From contig CALXOJ010000001.1 of the NCBI GenBank assembly GCA_944390005.1, positions 28,017-92,016 on the forward strand: a stretch of DNA of 64,000 bases. The letters are read 5' to 3'. Position 1 is the stretch's first letter, and every line of letters begins with the position of its first letter. The notes below the pieces were generated by a model, which had not been told where the DNA came from, searched no databases, and saw nothing but the letters and a program-made list of their open reading frames with translations. The position numbers were made by a program, and so were the translations under genes. Source of the stretch: an uncultured Spirochaetota bacterium (GTDB lineage Bacteria; Spirochaetota; Spirochaetia; JAFGXN01). This document shows, piece after piece, positions 28,976 to 39,216 of this stretch.

Positions 28976-30043
28976 ATGAGTTATACAGACGCTGTTCAGG
29001 GAAAACCGGCCGGACAAAAAAAATCCGGCTCGGCGTTGCATAAAAAAGAGATGACGGGACGACAGAAAGCTGCCGTTTTTCTGGTTCTGATGGGAACCGA
29101 AGTGGCAGCGGAAATTTTTAAACATCTGCGTGAAGATGAAATCGAAGCACTGACGTTTGAAATTGCCCGAGTCGAAAACGTCGACTCCTCCGATAAAGAG
29201 ATGGTGTTGGCTGAATTCAAAGATTTGATGATGGCGCAAAACTTCATCACAACCGGCGGTATCGATTATGCCCGTGAGTTGTTGGATAAATCGCTCGGAG
29301 CTCAAAAAGCGGCTGACGTCATCAATCGTCTGACCAATTCGCTTCAAATCCGTCCGTTTGACTTTATTCGCCGAACTGATCCGGCCCATTTAATGAACTT
29401 TATTTTACAGGAGCATCCGCAGACGATTGCGTTGATTTTGGCGTATTTGGAGCCGCAAAAGGCTGCCGTAATTTTGGGCGGATTGCCGGCTGAAGACCGC
29501 AGCGATGTGGCAAAACGGATCGCAACTATGGACAGAACCTCTCCGGAAGTTCTGCGCGAAGTGGAAAGGGTTCTGGAAAAGAAACTCTCCACCCTTTCCA
29601 GCGAAGATTACACCTCAGCCGGCGGAGTTGAAAGCATCGTTGAAATTCTCAACCTTGTTGACCGTTCGACGGAAAAAACCATTATCGAAACACTGGAAGA
29701 AGACGATCCCGAGTTGGCGGAAGAAATCAAAAAAAGAATGTTTGTCTTCGAGGATATTGTTCTGTTGGACGACCGTTCAATTCAGCGTGTTGTGCGTGAA
29801 GTGGAAGGCAACGAGCTTGCGAAAGCGCTGCGCGGTGTCGACGCCGAAGTTCAGGACAAGATTTTCAAGAATATGAGTAAACGGGCCGCTCAGACTTTGA
29901 AAGAAGAGATGGAGTATCTGGGACCGATTCGTTTGAAAGACGTCGAAGAGACGCAGCAAAAAATCGTCGCCATTATCCGCAAACTGGAGGATCAAGGAGA
30001 GATTGTTGTGGCTCGAACAGGAGAGGACGAGGTTATCGTTTAG
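28976..30043 (+). CDS. fliG: Flagellar motor switch protein FliG
   Basis: GRQKAAVFL, GGIDYA, EHPQTIALIL, MFVFED, NMSKRAA. Confidence 0.98.
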   Translation: MSYTDAVQGKPAGQKKSGSALHKKEMTGRQKAAVFLVLMGTEVAAEIFKHLREDEIEALTFEIARVENVDSSDKEMVLAEFKDLMMAQNFITTGGIDYARELLDKSLGAQKAADVINRLTNSLQIRPFDFIRRTDPAHLMNFILQEHPQTIALILAYLEPQKAAVILGGLPAEDRSDVAKRIATMDRTSPEVLREVERVLEKKLSTLSSEDYTSAGGVESIVEILNLVDRSTEKTIIETLEEDDPELAEEIKKRMFVFEDIVLLDDRSIQRVVREVEGNELAKALRGVDAEVQDKIFKNMSKRAAQTLKEEMEYLGPIRLKDVEETQQKIVAIIRKLEDQGEIVVARTGEDEVIV

Positions 30044-30086
30044 TTTTCGTCTGCACTTGTCGATGGAAAAATGAAGGAGTTATACC

Positions 30087-30995
30087 GTGGCGAGAAATGT
30101 CTTTAAATCTTACGAATTGCCTTTGGATCAGCATGCAGTGAAAATCATGCCTCCCGAACTGTTTACCGAGCAGAGCGAACCCGAAACCGAAGCGGTCGCC
30201 GTTTACGACGGTCCGACGGTTGCCGAGTTGGAAGAAGAGGCCAATCAATTCCGCCTCCGGTTTGAGGAAGAGAAACGGGAGATGATCCGCCGCGCACAGG
30301 AAGAGATTGAAGCGATCCGCTCTGCCGAAAAAGATGATCTGCTGCGGATGAAAAACGAAGCGGTCGCCGAAGCCGATGCAATTCGAGAGGCAGCCAAAAA
30401 AGACGCTGAAGAAACGGCGGCAAAAGCCAAAGCCGACGCTGAGGCTGTTGCTGCGGAAGCCGAAGCTTCCCGCCAGTTGATTGTCGACGAAGCCAAAAAA
30501 GAGGGCTTTGAAGCCGGACGTAAAGAAGGATACGATTCAGGTAAAGAAGAATCCGATCGACTGATCAATAAACTTCACGTAATGCTTTCGGGGGTTGCCG
30601 ATAAACGACAGCGAATTATTGACGAATCGGAATCACTGATTGTCGATCTGATTTTGAATATTGTCCGTAAAGTGGTGCGCTCTATCACAGAGTCACAAAA
30701 AGATGCGGTGGTGAATACCGTGCTGAAAGCGCTTTCCAAGCTGAAAACTTCGGCAGATGTCACGTTGCGCGTCAACTTCGATGACGCCGCTTTGACAACG
30801 GAGCATATGAAGCAGTTTTTGAAAAAAGTAGAAAAAGCGAAATCTATCACTGTTATTGAAGATTCATCCGTCGACCGAGGCGGCTGTATCGTGGAAACCG
30901 ATTACGGGTCGATAGATGCACGCATTTCCAGTCAGTTGCGGGAGATCGAGGATAAGATCCGTGAACTTTCGCCGTTGGTAACGCAGACAAATTGA
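30087..30995 (+). CDS. fliH: Flagellar export protein FliH
   Basis: AxxxGxxxG repeats (AKKEGFEAGRKEGYDSG), GGCIVETDYGSIDA. Confidence 0.95.
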   Translation: MARNVFKSYELPLDQHAVKIMPPELFTEQSEPETEAVAVYDGPTVAELEEEANQFRLRFEEEKREMIRRAQEEIEAIRSAEKDDLLRMKNEAVAEADAIREAAKKDAEETAAKAKADAEAVAAEAEASRQLIVDEAKKEGFEAGRKEGYDSGKEESDRLINKLHVMLSGVADKRQRIIDESESLIVDLILNIVRKVVRSITESQKDAVVNTVLKALSKLKTSADVTLRVNFDDAALTTEHMKQFLKKVEKAKSITVIEDSSVDRGGCIVETDYGSIDARISSQLREIEDKIRELSPLVTQTN

Positions 30996-31020
30996 TCAGC
31001 TGCGGCATGCGGGGAGGGAT

Positions 31021-32367
31021 ATGCAGGCTGTAAAAGAGGCGAATGCCGGACTGTTTAACAAATATATCGAGCTCATCGATCAATTGGATCCTGTCAGATA
31101 TGTCGGAACGGTCAAAAAGTGCACTTCGTCGATTATTATCAGTGAGGGGCCGCAAGCCTCTGTCGGTGAGCTTTGCGAAATTCTTTCTTTAAGAACCGGT
31201 GAAAAATTTTTGGCAGAGGTTGTGGCATTCGAAGAAAACGAGGTCAAGCTTTTCCCGTATCAATCCGTTGCTCATATTGAAAAAGGGAGTTTGGTAGCTG
31301 CTATGGGACGGCCGCTGTCGATCCCCGCATCGGAGGATTTATGCGGCCGCGTTATCGACGCTCTCGGCCGCCCGATAGACGGAAAAGGTCCGCTGCGGGT
31401 AGCGCATCACATTTCGGTCTTCAATCGCCGCCCTCACGTTTTGACGCGAAGACCGATCGATGAACGTATTCTGACCGGCGTCAAGGCGGTGGATTTTTTT
31501 ACACCGTTAGGAAAAGGGCAGCGGATCGGGTTGTTTGCCGGAAGCGGTGTCGGAAAGTCGACTTTGATGGGAATGATGGCGCGCGACTCTTCCGCCGACG
31601 TTAACGTGATTGCTCTGATTGGTGAGCGCGGACGGGAAGTCCAGGAGTTTATCCGCGATTCTCTCGGAGAAGAGGGAATGAAACGCTCTGTTATTGTTGT
31701 TTCCGACTCTTCGGATACTCCGCTCTCCCGTTTTCGCGGTGCTTACACGGCGACGACTATTGCCGAATTTTTCCGCGATCGAGGGAAAGACGTCATGCTC
31801 TATTTTGATTCGGTGACGCGGTTGGCGATGGCGATTCGCGAAATTGGATTGGCTGCCGGAGAAGTTGCCGCTTCCCGTGGGTACACGCCGAATGTTTTTG
31901 CCTCTTTACAGGAACTTTTGGAACGATGCGCAACTTCCGATAAAGGAACCATTACCGGAATCTATACCGTTTTAGTGGAAGGCGGCGATTTCGATGAACC
32001 GATAACCGATTGTGTACGTGCCATTATTGACGGACACATTATTTTAGATCGCAAATTGGCTGAACGAGGGCAGTATCCGGCCATCGACATTCCCGCGTCG
32101 TTATCGCGGTTGGAAAGTGCCGTTGCCTCTCGTTCGCAGCGCCAGGCGGCGGTTAAATTGCGCACTCTGATCAGCGTTTACCGAGAGCGTAAAGACTTAA
32201 TTGACGTCGGCGCTTACGTTAAAGGTTCGGATCGACTGACCGACGAAGCGGTGGAGAAGATGGAGCGTATCAACCGTTTTATTTGTCAGGAAACCGATGA
32301 AAGCGTTTCATTTGACGCCATTTGCGCCGAAGCCTCCTCCTTGACCGGCATCGAGGTGACGCCGTGA
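31021..32367 (+). CDS. fliI: Flagellar export ATPase FliI
   Basis: GQRIGLFAGSGVGKS, IGERGREV, DSVTR, DGHIIL, YPAID. Confidence 0.97.
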   Translation: MQAVKEANAGLFNKYIELIDQLDPVRYVGTVKKCTSSIIISEGPQASVGELCEILSLRTGEKFLAEVVAFEENEVKLFPYQSVAHIEKGSLVAAMGRPLSIPASEDLCGRVIDALGRPIDGKGPLRVAHHISVFNRRPHVLTRRPIDERILTGVKAVDFFTPLGKGQRIGLFAGSGVGKSTLMGMMARDSSADVNVIALIGERGREVQEFIRDSLGEEGMKRSVIVVSDSSDTPLSRFRGAYTATTIAEFFRDRGKDVMLYFDSVTRLAMAIREIGLAAGEVAASRGYTPNVFASLQELLERCATSDKGTITGIYTVLVEGGDFDEPITDCVRAIIDGHIILDRKLAERGQYPAIDIPASLSRLESAVASRSQRQAAVKLRTLISVYRERKDLIDVGAYVKGSDRLTDEAVEKMERINRFICQETDESVSFDAICAEASSLTGIEVTP

Positions 32368-32798
32368 AAAAATTCGTGTTTTCTCTTCAGTCGGTTTTAA
32401 ATCTTCGTGAACAGGAAGAAAAATCGGCGCGCACAGAATTGGGAAAAAAAACAGCCGAGTGCGAACGCATTCGGGGAAAAATGAAGGCGCACATCGCGCT
32501 TTTGGATCGTTTTGAAGTGCCCGAAAACGGAGCGGTCGACTGGTCGGCGTATCAGCAAATCTCCGACTTTATTCGCATTCAAAACCTCCGTCTGAAAGAC
32601 GATTTAAGTTGTGCGGAAGAACGGCGGCAGAATGCGTTGGCGGTTTACCGCGAGGCGCGCAACCGTAAAAAAGTGTTCGAAAAATTAAAAGAACGGCGTG
32701 AGCTTGAATTTCGCGCCGAAATGAAAGAGAAAGAAGACAAAGCGCTGGACGATCTATTTTCGTCTCGCGAGACTTATCACAGGAGTTTAAAAAAATGA
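32364..32798 (+). CDS. fliJ: Flagellar export protein FliJ
   Basis: KKFVFSLQSVLNLRE, EKLKE, LDD; GTGA overlap with fliI. Confidence 0.92.
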   Translation: MKKFVFSLQSVLNLREQEEKSARTELGKKTAECERIRGKMKAHIALLDRFEVPENGAVDWSAYQQISDFIRIQNLRLKDDLSCAEERRQNALAVYREARNRKKVFEKLKERRELEFRAEMKEKEDKALDDLFSSRETYHRSLKK

Positions 32799-33421
32799 AA
32801 ATTCTTCGCTACAAAAACGATCGCAGCCGCAAATTGTTCCAAATCCTTATTTTACTCTTATTGATTGTCATCGCTTCGATGGGCGCTTTGATTGCCTTTG
32901 ACTATTTGGGTTTGATTCGTTTGAATTTTATGAAACGGAGTTACGTCGATCCGAAATTTACGCAGCGGGTGGATTTGACCGGAATCGATCTTTTAGACAG
33001 TGAACGGCTTTACAAAGTCTGGAGTTCGATGGATGAGTGGGAGTCGGAACTAAAGGCGCAAGTCGAATTGCTTTCTCTGAAAGATAAAGAGGTTGATGAG
33101 AAAACAGCGCTTTTAAGTACGGAAACCGAGGCGTTTAAGAAAGAACAGGAGAGCAGAGCTGTTGCGGCGCGTGATAATTTGAGCCGTGAAGAAAAATTCT
33201 ATGATATTACCGTTAATTTACTCGGTATGCCGCCGGAAACAGCTGTGAAAAGTTTGGAAAAAATGACTGATTATGATGTTATAGAAATTTTGAAAAGTGC
33301 CGATAGAATAGCAGAAGAGAGAAATCAAGGAAGTATGAGTTCTTACTGGCTTTCTCTCATGGATCCTGAAAAGGTGGCAGCAATCAACAGGAAGCGTCTT
33401 CAATCACCGATAGAGGAGTGA
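32795..33421 (+). CDS. flbB: Periplasmic-flagellum collar protein FlbB (MotE-like)
   Basis: N-terminal TM (FDYLGLI), coiled coil, MPPETAV..L, YWLSLMDPEK; lies between fliJ and fliK. Confidence 0.82.
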   Translation: MKILRYKNDRSRKLFQILILLLLIVIASMGALIAFDYLGLIRLNFMKRSYVDPKFTQRVDLTGIDLLDSERLYKVWSSMDEWESELKAQVELLSLKDKEVDEKTALLSTETEAFKKEQESRAVAARDNLSREEKFYDITVNLLGMPPETAVKSLEKMTDYDVIEILKSADRIAEERNQGSMSSYWLSLMDPEKVAAINRKRLQSPIEE

Positions 33422-33455
33422 CCGCAAAAGACCTTTCTGTTTGGGGAGGCTTCTT

Positions 33456-34919
33456 TTGATTGTTACAAGTCAACACTCATTTCCGTTTTCGGCATCGGAA
33501 AACGGAACATATGTTTCGAACGAACCGGCAGAGAACAACGGCGGAATGACATTTGCTGCACTTCTTAAAAAAGCAGAAAATTTTTATGAGCCGGCAATGG
33601 AGCAAGCCCGCAGTCGGGATGAAGAATTTTTTAACGAATCGATTTTAAACGAAAACAACGACTATCGGGTGGTTCCCGACGAGAACGGAGTTTTGGTTAC
33701 CGAAAAACGGAGCACAGACAACGAATTTGTTCATTCCGATTCGAAAAGCGAGGATTCGACAGATGAATCCGATGTTTCAGCCGATCAGAAGGAAGCGGCG
33801 GTTGTCGCTGAAGAAAATAAAGACAGAAAAACCGACGTTTCGAAAGATAAAGAAGAAGTTCAAAAAACTCTTTCCGTCGCCGAGGCAAAAAAAGGAAAGG
33901 ATTCATCCGATTCTGAAAAGAAGGTCGTCGGTGCGGAGCTCAAACACATTTCATCGGAAGAAAAACAATCTCTCATTGCATTGACTGATAACAGTCAGCG
34001 AATCACCGGGGAAAAAGCGCAGAAGGGATCTCTTCATGCGGCAGATTCATCGCATTTGAACGGAAAGAACACTGAGGCAGCAGGCGGCGAATCGCAAAAG
34101 ACGGAAACGCTGCGGAAAGCCGAAACGGTTGCGGCTGCCGTGATCCGATCCGATGCGAAGGCAAAGACCAAAAACGATGCCGATCGAGAAACGCTTGCGG
34201 CAGACGGAAAGGCAAAGGCGGTTCCCAAAGAATCTGAAACTGCGAACCGATTGGACCGAATTGTAACGATTTCTGTATTGCGGGAGGAAGCCGGTCAAAA
34301 AGGAGAGGGGGCTCTTAACGCCGGTAAAAATCGAGTGCAGGGTAAAATGACGGCAGGTGAAGAGAAAAATACGGAATTGCGCTCCGATAAATCCGTGTTT
34401 GAATCAACATCGCTGCCGACCTCGATTCAAAGCGGGAAAGAAGCCGGCATTGCGGAAAATGCAGCGATTCGCCACATTACGAAAGCCGATTTGATTCGCG
34501 AATTAAAGGATCAAGGCAGTGTAGAAATTCTTCGGGAAGCAAAAATTCTGGTTAAAGAAGGTCAGTCCGGTGAAATCAAATTGGTTTTGCGTCCGCAAGA
34601 GCTCGGTACCGTAAAAATTAATTTGATTTTGGAAAATAAACATATAGTCGGCCGAATTTTTGTCGAAAATAATATAGTAAAGGAAGCTTTGCAGACGGCT
34701 TTCGGTGATTTGAAAGAGGTCTTTGCGCAGCAAGGTATGGAATTGGGAGCGCTTGACGTCTTTGTCAGTCAGGAGTCTCGGGAAGATTTTTGGCAGGCGG
34801 AAAACGATGATGCCGACACTATGCCGTTTAAATTGGCTCAGGCCGTCGGTGCCGTTGAAAAACATGCGCCGGTTGTGACTGTTTTAGAGGATTACAGCCG
34901 AGTCAATATAGAAGTATAA
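33456..34919 (+). CDS. fliK: Flagellar hook-length control protein FliK
   Basis: Long low-complexity N-terminal region, then LVLRPQELGTVKI (T3S4 domain); TTG start after GGGGAGG. Confidence 0.9.
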   Translation: MIVTSQHSFPFSASENGTYVSNEPAENNGGMTFAALLKKAENFYEPAMEQARSRDEEFFNESILNENNDYRVVPDENGVLVTEKRSTDNEFVHSDSKSEDSTDESDVSADQKEAAVVAEENKDRKTDVSKDKEEVQKTLSVAEAKKGKDSSDSEKKVVGAELKHISSEEKQSLIALTDNSQRITGEKAQKGSLHAADSSHLNGKNTEAAGGESQKTETLRKAETVAAAVIRSDAKAKTKNDADRETLAADGKAKAVPKESETANRLDRIVTISVLREEAGQKGEGALNAGKNRVQGKMTAGEEKNTELRSDKSVFESTSLPTSIQSGKEAGIAENAAIRHITKADLIRELKDQGSVEILREAKILVKEGQSGEIKLVLRPQELGTVKINLILENKHIVGRIFVENNIVKEALQTAFGDLKEVFAQQGMELGALDVFVSQESREDFWQAENDDADTMPFKLAQAVGAVEKHAPVVTVLEDYSRVNIEV

Positions 34920-34947
34920 AGCGTTAAAACGTTTTAATCGGAGGAAA

Positions 34948-35418
34948 ATGATGGAAATGTCGGGGATCAATCCGAGCGTACAGATGAACCGTTATTTTAA
35001 TGCCGAAGAGCGTCTTGGGTTGGAAGAAACCATTGCCGGGCTCAACAGCGATTTAACGGCAAATAATAAACGGGTTGCAAAAACAGAAATGGGGAAGGAT
35101 GATTTCCTTTTGATTTTGGTTAAACAGTTGGCCAATCAGGATCCGACTGCCCCGGTTGAGGATAAACAGTTTATTGCGCAAATGGCGCAGTTTTCGACGT
35201 TGGAGCAGATGACGAATATGGCAAACGGATTTACACGTTTGTCTGAAGCGATTTCTGCATCTCAATCGGCGGCTTTGCTTGGGAAAGAGGTTACGGTTAT
35301 CGACGGCGATTCGACGGTCACCGGAGTTGTGGAAGAGGTGAAAGGCCGCGAATATCCGCAGCTGAAAATCAACGGTTATTATTACGGTTTTGATAAAATC
35401 GAGAGCGTTCGCTCGTAA
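34948..35418 (+). CDS. flgD: Flagellar hook cap FlgD
   Basis: GKDDFL.ILV.QL.NQDP, FIAQMAQFSTLEQM. Confidence 0.97.
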   Translation: MMEMSGINPSVQMNRYFNAEERLGLEETIAGLNSDLTANNKRVAKTEMGKDDFLLILVKQLANQDPTAPVEDKQFIAQMAQFSTLEQMTNMANGFTRLSEAISASQSAALLGKEVTVIDGDSTVTGVVEEVKGREYPQLKINGYYYGFDKIESVRS

Positions 35419-35433
35419 ACAGGGGGTTCCGTT

Positions 35434-36816
35434 ATGATGAGATCTTTATATGCCGGTGTTTCCGGGTTGCAAAATCACCAGACGCGCATGGACGTGATTG
35501 GTAACAATATTTCCAATGTTAATACGGTCGGTTTTAAGAAAAGCCGCGTCAATTTTCAGGACATGATCAGTCAGTCGATCGGCGGTGCAGCGGCTCCCAA
35601 CGAGGTGCGCGGCGGTATCAATCCGAAACAGGTTGGATTGGGAATGTCGGTCGCGTCTATCGATACAATTCACACGCAGGGAGCGTTTCAGTCGACCGGT
35701 GTCGTGACAGACGTCGCCATCAGCGGTGAAGGATTTTTTATCATGAGTGAAGGAGAAAATTCGTTTTATACCCGCAACGGTGCCTTTGATGTGGATAAAG
35801 ACGGAATTCTCGTCAATCCTGCAAACGGAATGCGGGTCATGGGATGGCAAACGCAGAATATCGAAGGAACCGACGTTCTTTCGACAGCGGACGATTTGAC
35901 CGAGCTCTACATTCCTATCGGACAGAAAGATCCGGCGCGCCAAACCGGATTGGTCGAACTCTCCTGTAATTTGAATAAAAATACATTGGCCATTGAGAAT
36001 CCCGATGATTTGCGGGAAGTCATGGACCGCAGTTGGGTGGTCAATAAAACAATTTTCGATTCAGCTGGAAACGAACATGATTTGAGAGTGACGTATACTC
36101 GTGTTCCCGATCAGGAAAATCAGTGGCTGGGAACCGTTGAAATCGATCCGATGCTTGGTCAGGAAGCAGTCGGCGTGACTGTCGGCGGCGAAGGAGCGAC
36201 GAATACATTTACGGTTCAGTTTGACAATTACGGCGTTCTGCAAAACGTTACCGACGGCAACGGTGTCATCGATGAAGAGGGCGAACTGAATCTGGATATC
36301 GCTTATACGGTTGTACAGTCCGGTCCCGACGCAGACGGAAACCTTCAGCGGCTGAACTTTACATTGAAACTCGGTGAAATCGGCAATACGAGGGATTCAA
36401 TGACACAGTATGCCGATACATCGACGACTAAAGCATTCCGACAAGACGGTTACGGTCTTGGATACATGGATTCGTTCAGAATCGATGATGCCGGACAGAT
36501 TACAGGCGTTTTTTCCAACGGAAACCGCCGCGTATTGGGTCAAATCGCGTTGGCGACCTTTACCAATCCCGAAGGTCTGGAAAAAGCCGGAGACAACACC
36601 TATGTTGTTTCAAACAACTCCGGTGATGCGTTGATCGGTCCTGCCGGAATTGCCGGAAAAGGAAAATTTTTGGCCGGTTCGCTGGAAATGAGCAACGTCG
36701 ATTTGGCTGAATCTTTTACCGATATGATTGTCACGCAACGCGGATTTCAGGCCAATTCGAGAAGCATAACGACTTCCGATCAAATGCTGCAAGAGTTGCT
36801 GACGCTGAAACGGTAA
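35434..36816 (+). CDS. flgE: Flagellar hook protein FlgE
   Basis: GNNISNVNTVGFK, YTRNGAF, LEMSNVDL, QRGFQAN; Lys165, Cys178 and Asn179 present. Confidence 0.98.
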   Translation: MMRSLYAGVSGLQNHQTRMDVIGNNISNVNTVGFKKSRVNFQDMISQSIGGAAAPNEVRGGINPKQVGLGMSVASIDTIHTQGAFQSTGVVTDVAISGEGFFIMSEGENSFYTRNGAFDVDKDGILVNPANGMRVMGWQTQNIEGTDVLSTADDLTELYIPIGQKDPARQTGLVELSCNLNKNTLAIENPDDLREVMDRSWVVNKTIFDSAGNEHDLRVTYTRVPDQENQWLGTVEIDPMLGQEAVGVTVGGEGATNTFTVQFDNYGVLQNVTDGNGVIDEEGELNLDIAYTVVQSGPDADGNLQRLNFTLKLGEIGNTRDSMTQYADTSTTKAFRQDGYGLGYMDSFRIDDAGQITGVFSNGNRRVLGQIALATFTNPEGLEKAGDNTYVVSNNSGDALIGPAGIAGKGKFLAGSLEMSNVDLAESFTDMIVTQRGFQANSRSITTSDQMLQELLTLKR

Positions 36817-36837
36817 CCCGAATCACGGTGATCGGTC

Positions 36838-37035
36838 ATGATTCAAGTCACAAAGCTGAACGGGCAGGTGTTTTATCTCAATCCGCATCAAATTGAGTCG
36901 ATTGAGCTGACTCCCGATACAACCATTACCATGTTATCGGGAAAAAGACTTGTCGTAAAAGATGATTATGATGTAATATTAGAGAGAATCATTGATTACC
37001 GTAAACGGATCGGAGCTTTTAAAAACGAGGAGTAA
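36838..37035 (+). CDS. flbD: Flagellar protein FlbD (SwrD family)
   Basis: MIQVTKLNG..FYLNPHQIE.IE.TPDT. Confidence 0.95.
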   Translation: MIQVTKLNGQVFYLNPHQIESIELTPDTTITMLSGKRLVVKDDYDVILERIIDYRKRIGAFKNEE

Positions 37036-37041
37036 GCATTT

Positions 37042-37821
37042 ATGGATATCGCAACGATAATCGGTTTTGTCAGCGGTTTTATTCTGATTATTCTTTCTAT
37101 TCTCATTGCCGGAGCCAGTCTGCTCCTGTACGTTGACGTCGCATCCGCCGTTTTGGTTATCTTCGGATCTTTCTTTGCGTGCGTCGCCGCATATCCGCTT
37201 TCCGTCACCAGAAATATGTTCAAGTATTTGGGCTTTATTTTCAGAAAGTACAAATATGATTACACCGGCGTCATCACGACAATTGTTTCTTTTTCCGAAA
37301 AGGCGCGCCGCGAGGGAATTTTAGCTCTGGAAGACGATATCGAAGATTTGGACGAACCGTTTTTGAAAAAAGGCATTCAGTTGGCGGTTGACGGAACCGA
37401 TCCTGAAATCATCAAAAATATGCTGTTTATTGAGCTGGATAAGATGGAAGACCGTCACAATTCGGCTATCGGCTTTTTCAACTTGTGGGCTGGTGTCGGT
37501 CCGGCGTTTGGTATGATCGGAACGCTGCTTGGTTTGATTCAAATGTTGGCGAACTTGGAAGATCAGTCAAACCTCGCTTCCGGTATGGCGTTGGCACTCG
37601 TTACGACCTTGTACGGATCGGTTATGGCGAATCTCTTCTTGTTGCCGATGAGAACCAAGCTGCAGGGCCGTCACGACTCTGAAGTCATGATGAAAGAAAT
37701 CATGATTGAAGGAATCCTTTCAATTCAAGGCGGAGATAACCCGAGAATGATTCAGATGAAACTGGCCGCCTTCCTGCCGCCAAAAGAGCGATCGATTTTT
37801 GAACAAACGGCTGGAGTTTAA
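37042..37821 (+). CDS. motA: Flagellar stator protein MotA
   Basis: ARREGILALE, PAFGMIGT, ALVTTLYG, GDNP. Confidence 0.97.
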   Translation: MDIATIIGFVSGFILIILSILIAGASLLLYVDVASAVLVIFGSFFACVAAYPLSVTRNMFKYLGFIFRKYKYDYTGVITTIVSFSEKARREGILALEDDIEDLDEPFLKKGIQLAVDGTDPEIIKNMLFIELDKMEDRHNSAIGFFNLWAGVGPAFGMIGTLLGLIQMLANLEDQSNLASGMALALVTTLYGSVMANLFLLPMRTKLQGRHDSEVMMKEIMIEGILSIQGGDNPRMIQMKLAAFLPPKERSIFEQTAGV

Positions 37822-37824
37822 GGA

Positions 37825-38571
37825 ATGGCAGAAAGAAAAAAGAAGCAGAAAATAGAGGATATGCCGGCTCCCGCGTACATGACGACGTACGGAGACATGG
37901 TAACGCTTCTGTTGACCTTTTTCGTTCTGATGTACTCGGCTGAAACCGCCAAAGGCGAAGACGTTCAAGTCATTCTTTCCGCCTTCAAAGGCATGGGCAT
38001 GATGTCCGGCGGCAATACGCTTGAAGAAGGAAAACTGGCCGAATTGGGAAATACTGTCGACAGTTTGCCGTCGCTGGAAAAAGGCCGCTCGCTGTCCGAT
38101 GCCCGCAAACGCGCTGTCAGTGAATTTCAAACCGACACAGAAATCAAAAAGATGAAGGTTAAGGCGGATGAACGCGGTTTGGTGATTACGATTGCCGGCG
38201 ATCTTTTGTTTGAAGAGGGTTCCGCTGAAGTTAAGATTGAAGAGACGCGCGATGTTCTGCAGCGAGCTGCGCAAATTATTCGGGAGCACGCGGACGGCCG
38301 AAAAGTCCGCATTGAGGGGCATACGGACAGCAGCGCTCCGCCGATTGACAGTCCGTACAAAAACAACTGGGAACTTTCCGCTGCTCGTGCTATCAACGTA
38401 TTGCGTTACTTGGTTGATTACAATGTCGATGAATCGTGCTTTCAAGTTGCGGGCTTTGCAGATACCGTTCCGATTGAAGACAACGATTTGCCTGAGGGGC
38501 AGGCGTACAACCGCCGTGTTGACATTGTCATTCTCTCTGACGGACATCTGAATACAAAATATGATTTTTAA
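37825..38571 (+). CDS. motB: Flagellar stator protein MotB
   Basis: TYGDMVTLLLTFFV TM helix with the conserved Asp; OmpA-like domain EGHTD, NWELSAARA, NRRVDI. Confidence 0.97.
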   Translation: MAERKKKQKIEDMPAPAYMTTYGDMVTLLLTFFVLMYSAETAKGEDVQVILSAFKGMGMMSGGNTLEEGKLAELGNTVDSLPSLEKGRSLSDARKRAVSEFQTDTEIKKMKVKADERGLVITIAGDLLFEEGSAEVKIEETRDVLQRAAQIIREHADGRKVRIEGHTDSSAPPIDSPYKNNWELSAARAINVLRYLVDYNVDESCFQVAGFADTVPIEDNDLPEGQAYNRRVDIVILSDGHLNTKYDF

Positions 38572-38573
38572 TC

Positions 38574-38622
38574 TTGGCAAAGGGCGAAAAATCTGTTAAA
38601 ATTTTTCGGAAAATAACGATAA
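38574..38622 (+). promoter_or_regulatory. Internal promoter region upstream of fliL (sigma70, plus an overlapping sigma28-like element)
   Basis: TTGGCA-N17-TAAAAT with a TGn extension; TAAA-N14-AACGATAA overlaps it. Confidence 0.55.
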
Positions 38623-38654
38623 TATAATAGGTATGTTTTTACGGGAGGTGCTTT

Positions 38655-39200
38655 ATGCCCGATATGGACAATGAAGAATTGGAAAACGAGTCAACTTCAA
38701 ATTCGCCTACGGGTTTCGGCGGTGCGCACCGTTCCTTTTTGGGATTGATTGTCACCGTTTTAAAATGGGTTCTGTTGATTATTGTCGGTGTGGTGGTTGT
38801 TGCCGCCATCAATGTCGGTGTAAATTATATCATGAATCGCGGCGATGGAGCGGGCCGGCAATCTCAGTCTTCTGTCTATGACGGCGTTCAGCCTGTGCGT
38901 TCTTGGTACGATGGTATCGGAGAAATTCGTGTTTCGACAAAAGATTCGACGCCGTATACGGTTGTTATTCGCGTGCAGTTGGGATACAAACAGGACGACA
39001 AAGCAATTCAGACGGCGCTGGTCAGTCAGAATCCGTATATTAAAGCTAAAGTACGCGAGTATTTTTCGGAAAAACGGGTTAATGAGTTGAATGACGAAGC
39101 GAAAATCGCCGCAGAATTGAAGCAAAAAATCAATAATATCATCGGCGGTAAAGGTATTGATATCGTCATAATTACGGAAAAGACCGTTATCGAAATGTAA
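38655..39200 (+). CDS. fliL: Flagellar basal-body-associated protein FliL
   Basis: Single TM helix; C-terminal YFS.K..EL..ELKQKINN; lies between motB and fliM. Confidence 0.88.
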   Translation: MPDMDNEELENESTSNSPTGFGGAHRSFLGLIVTVLKWVLLIIVGVVVVAAINVGVNYIMNRGDGAGRQSQSSVYDGVQPVRSWYDGIGEIRVSTKDSTPYTVVIRVQLGYKQDDKAIQTALVSQNPYIKAKVREYFSEKRVNELNDEAKIAAELKQKINNIIGGKGIDIVIITEKTVIEM

Positions 39201-39216
39201 CGGCAGAGGATTCGCC

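Noticed and set aside
33384-33413. Sigma28 promoter before fliK (ACCGATAG)
   Set aside because: The nearest -35-like TCAA is 18 nt away and the element lies in flbB coding sequence, so support is too weak.
38610-38640. Possible dif site (ATAAT...TATGTT)
   Set aside because: Arm spacing and the XerD arm (TTATGTTAAAT) do not match. The stretch is better explained as the fliL promoter.
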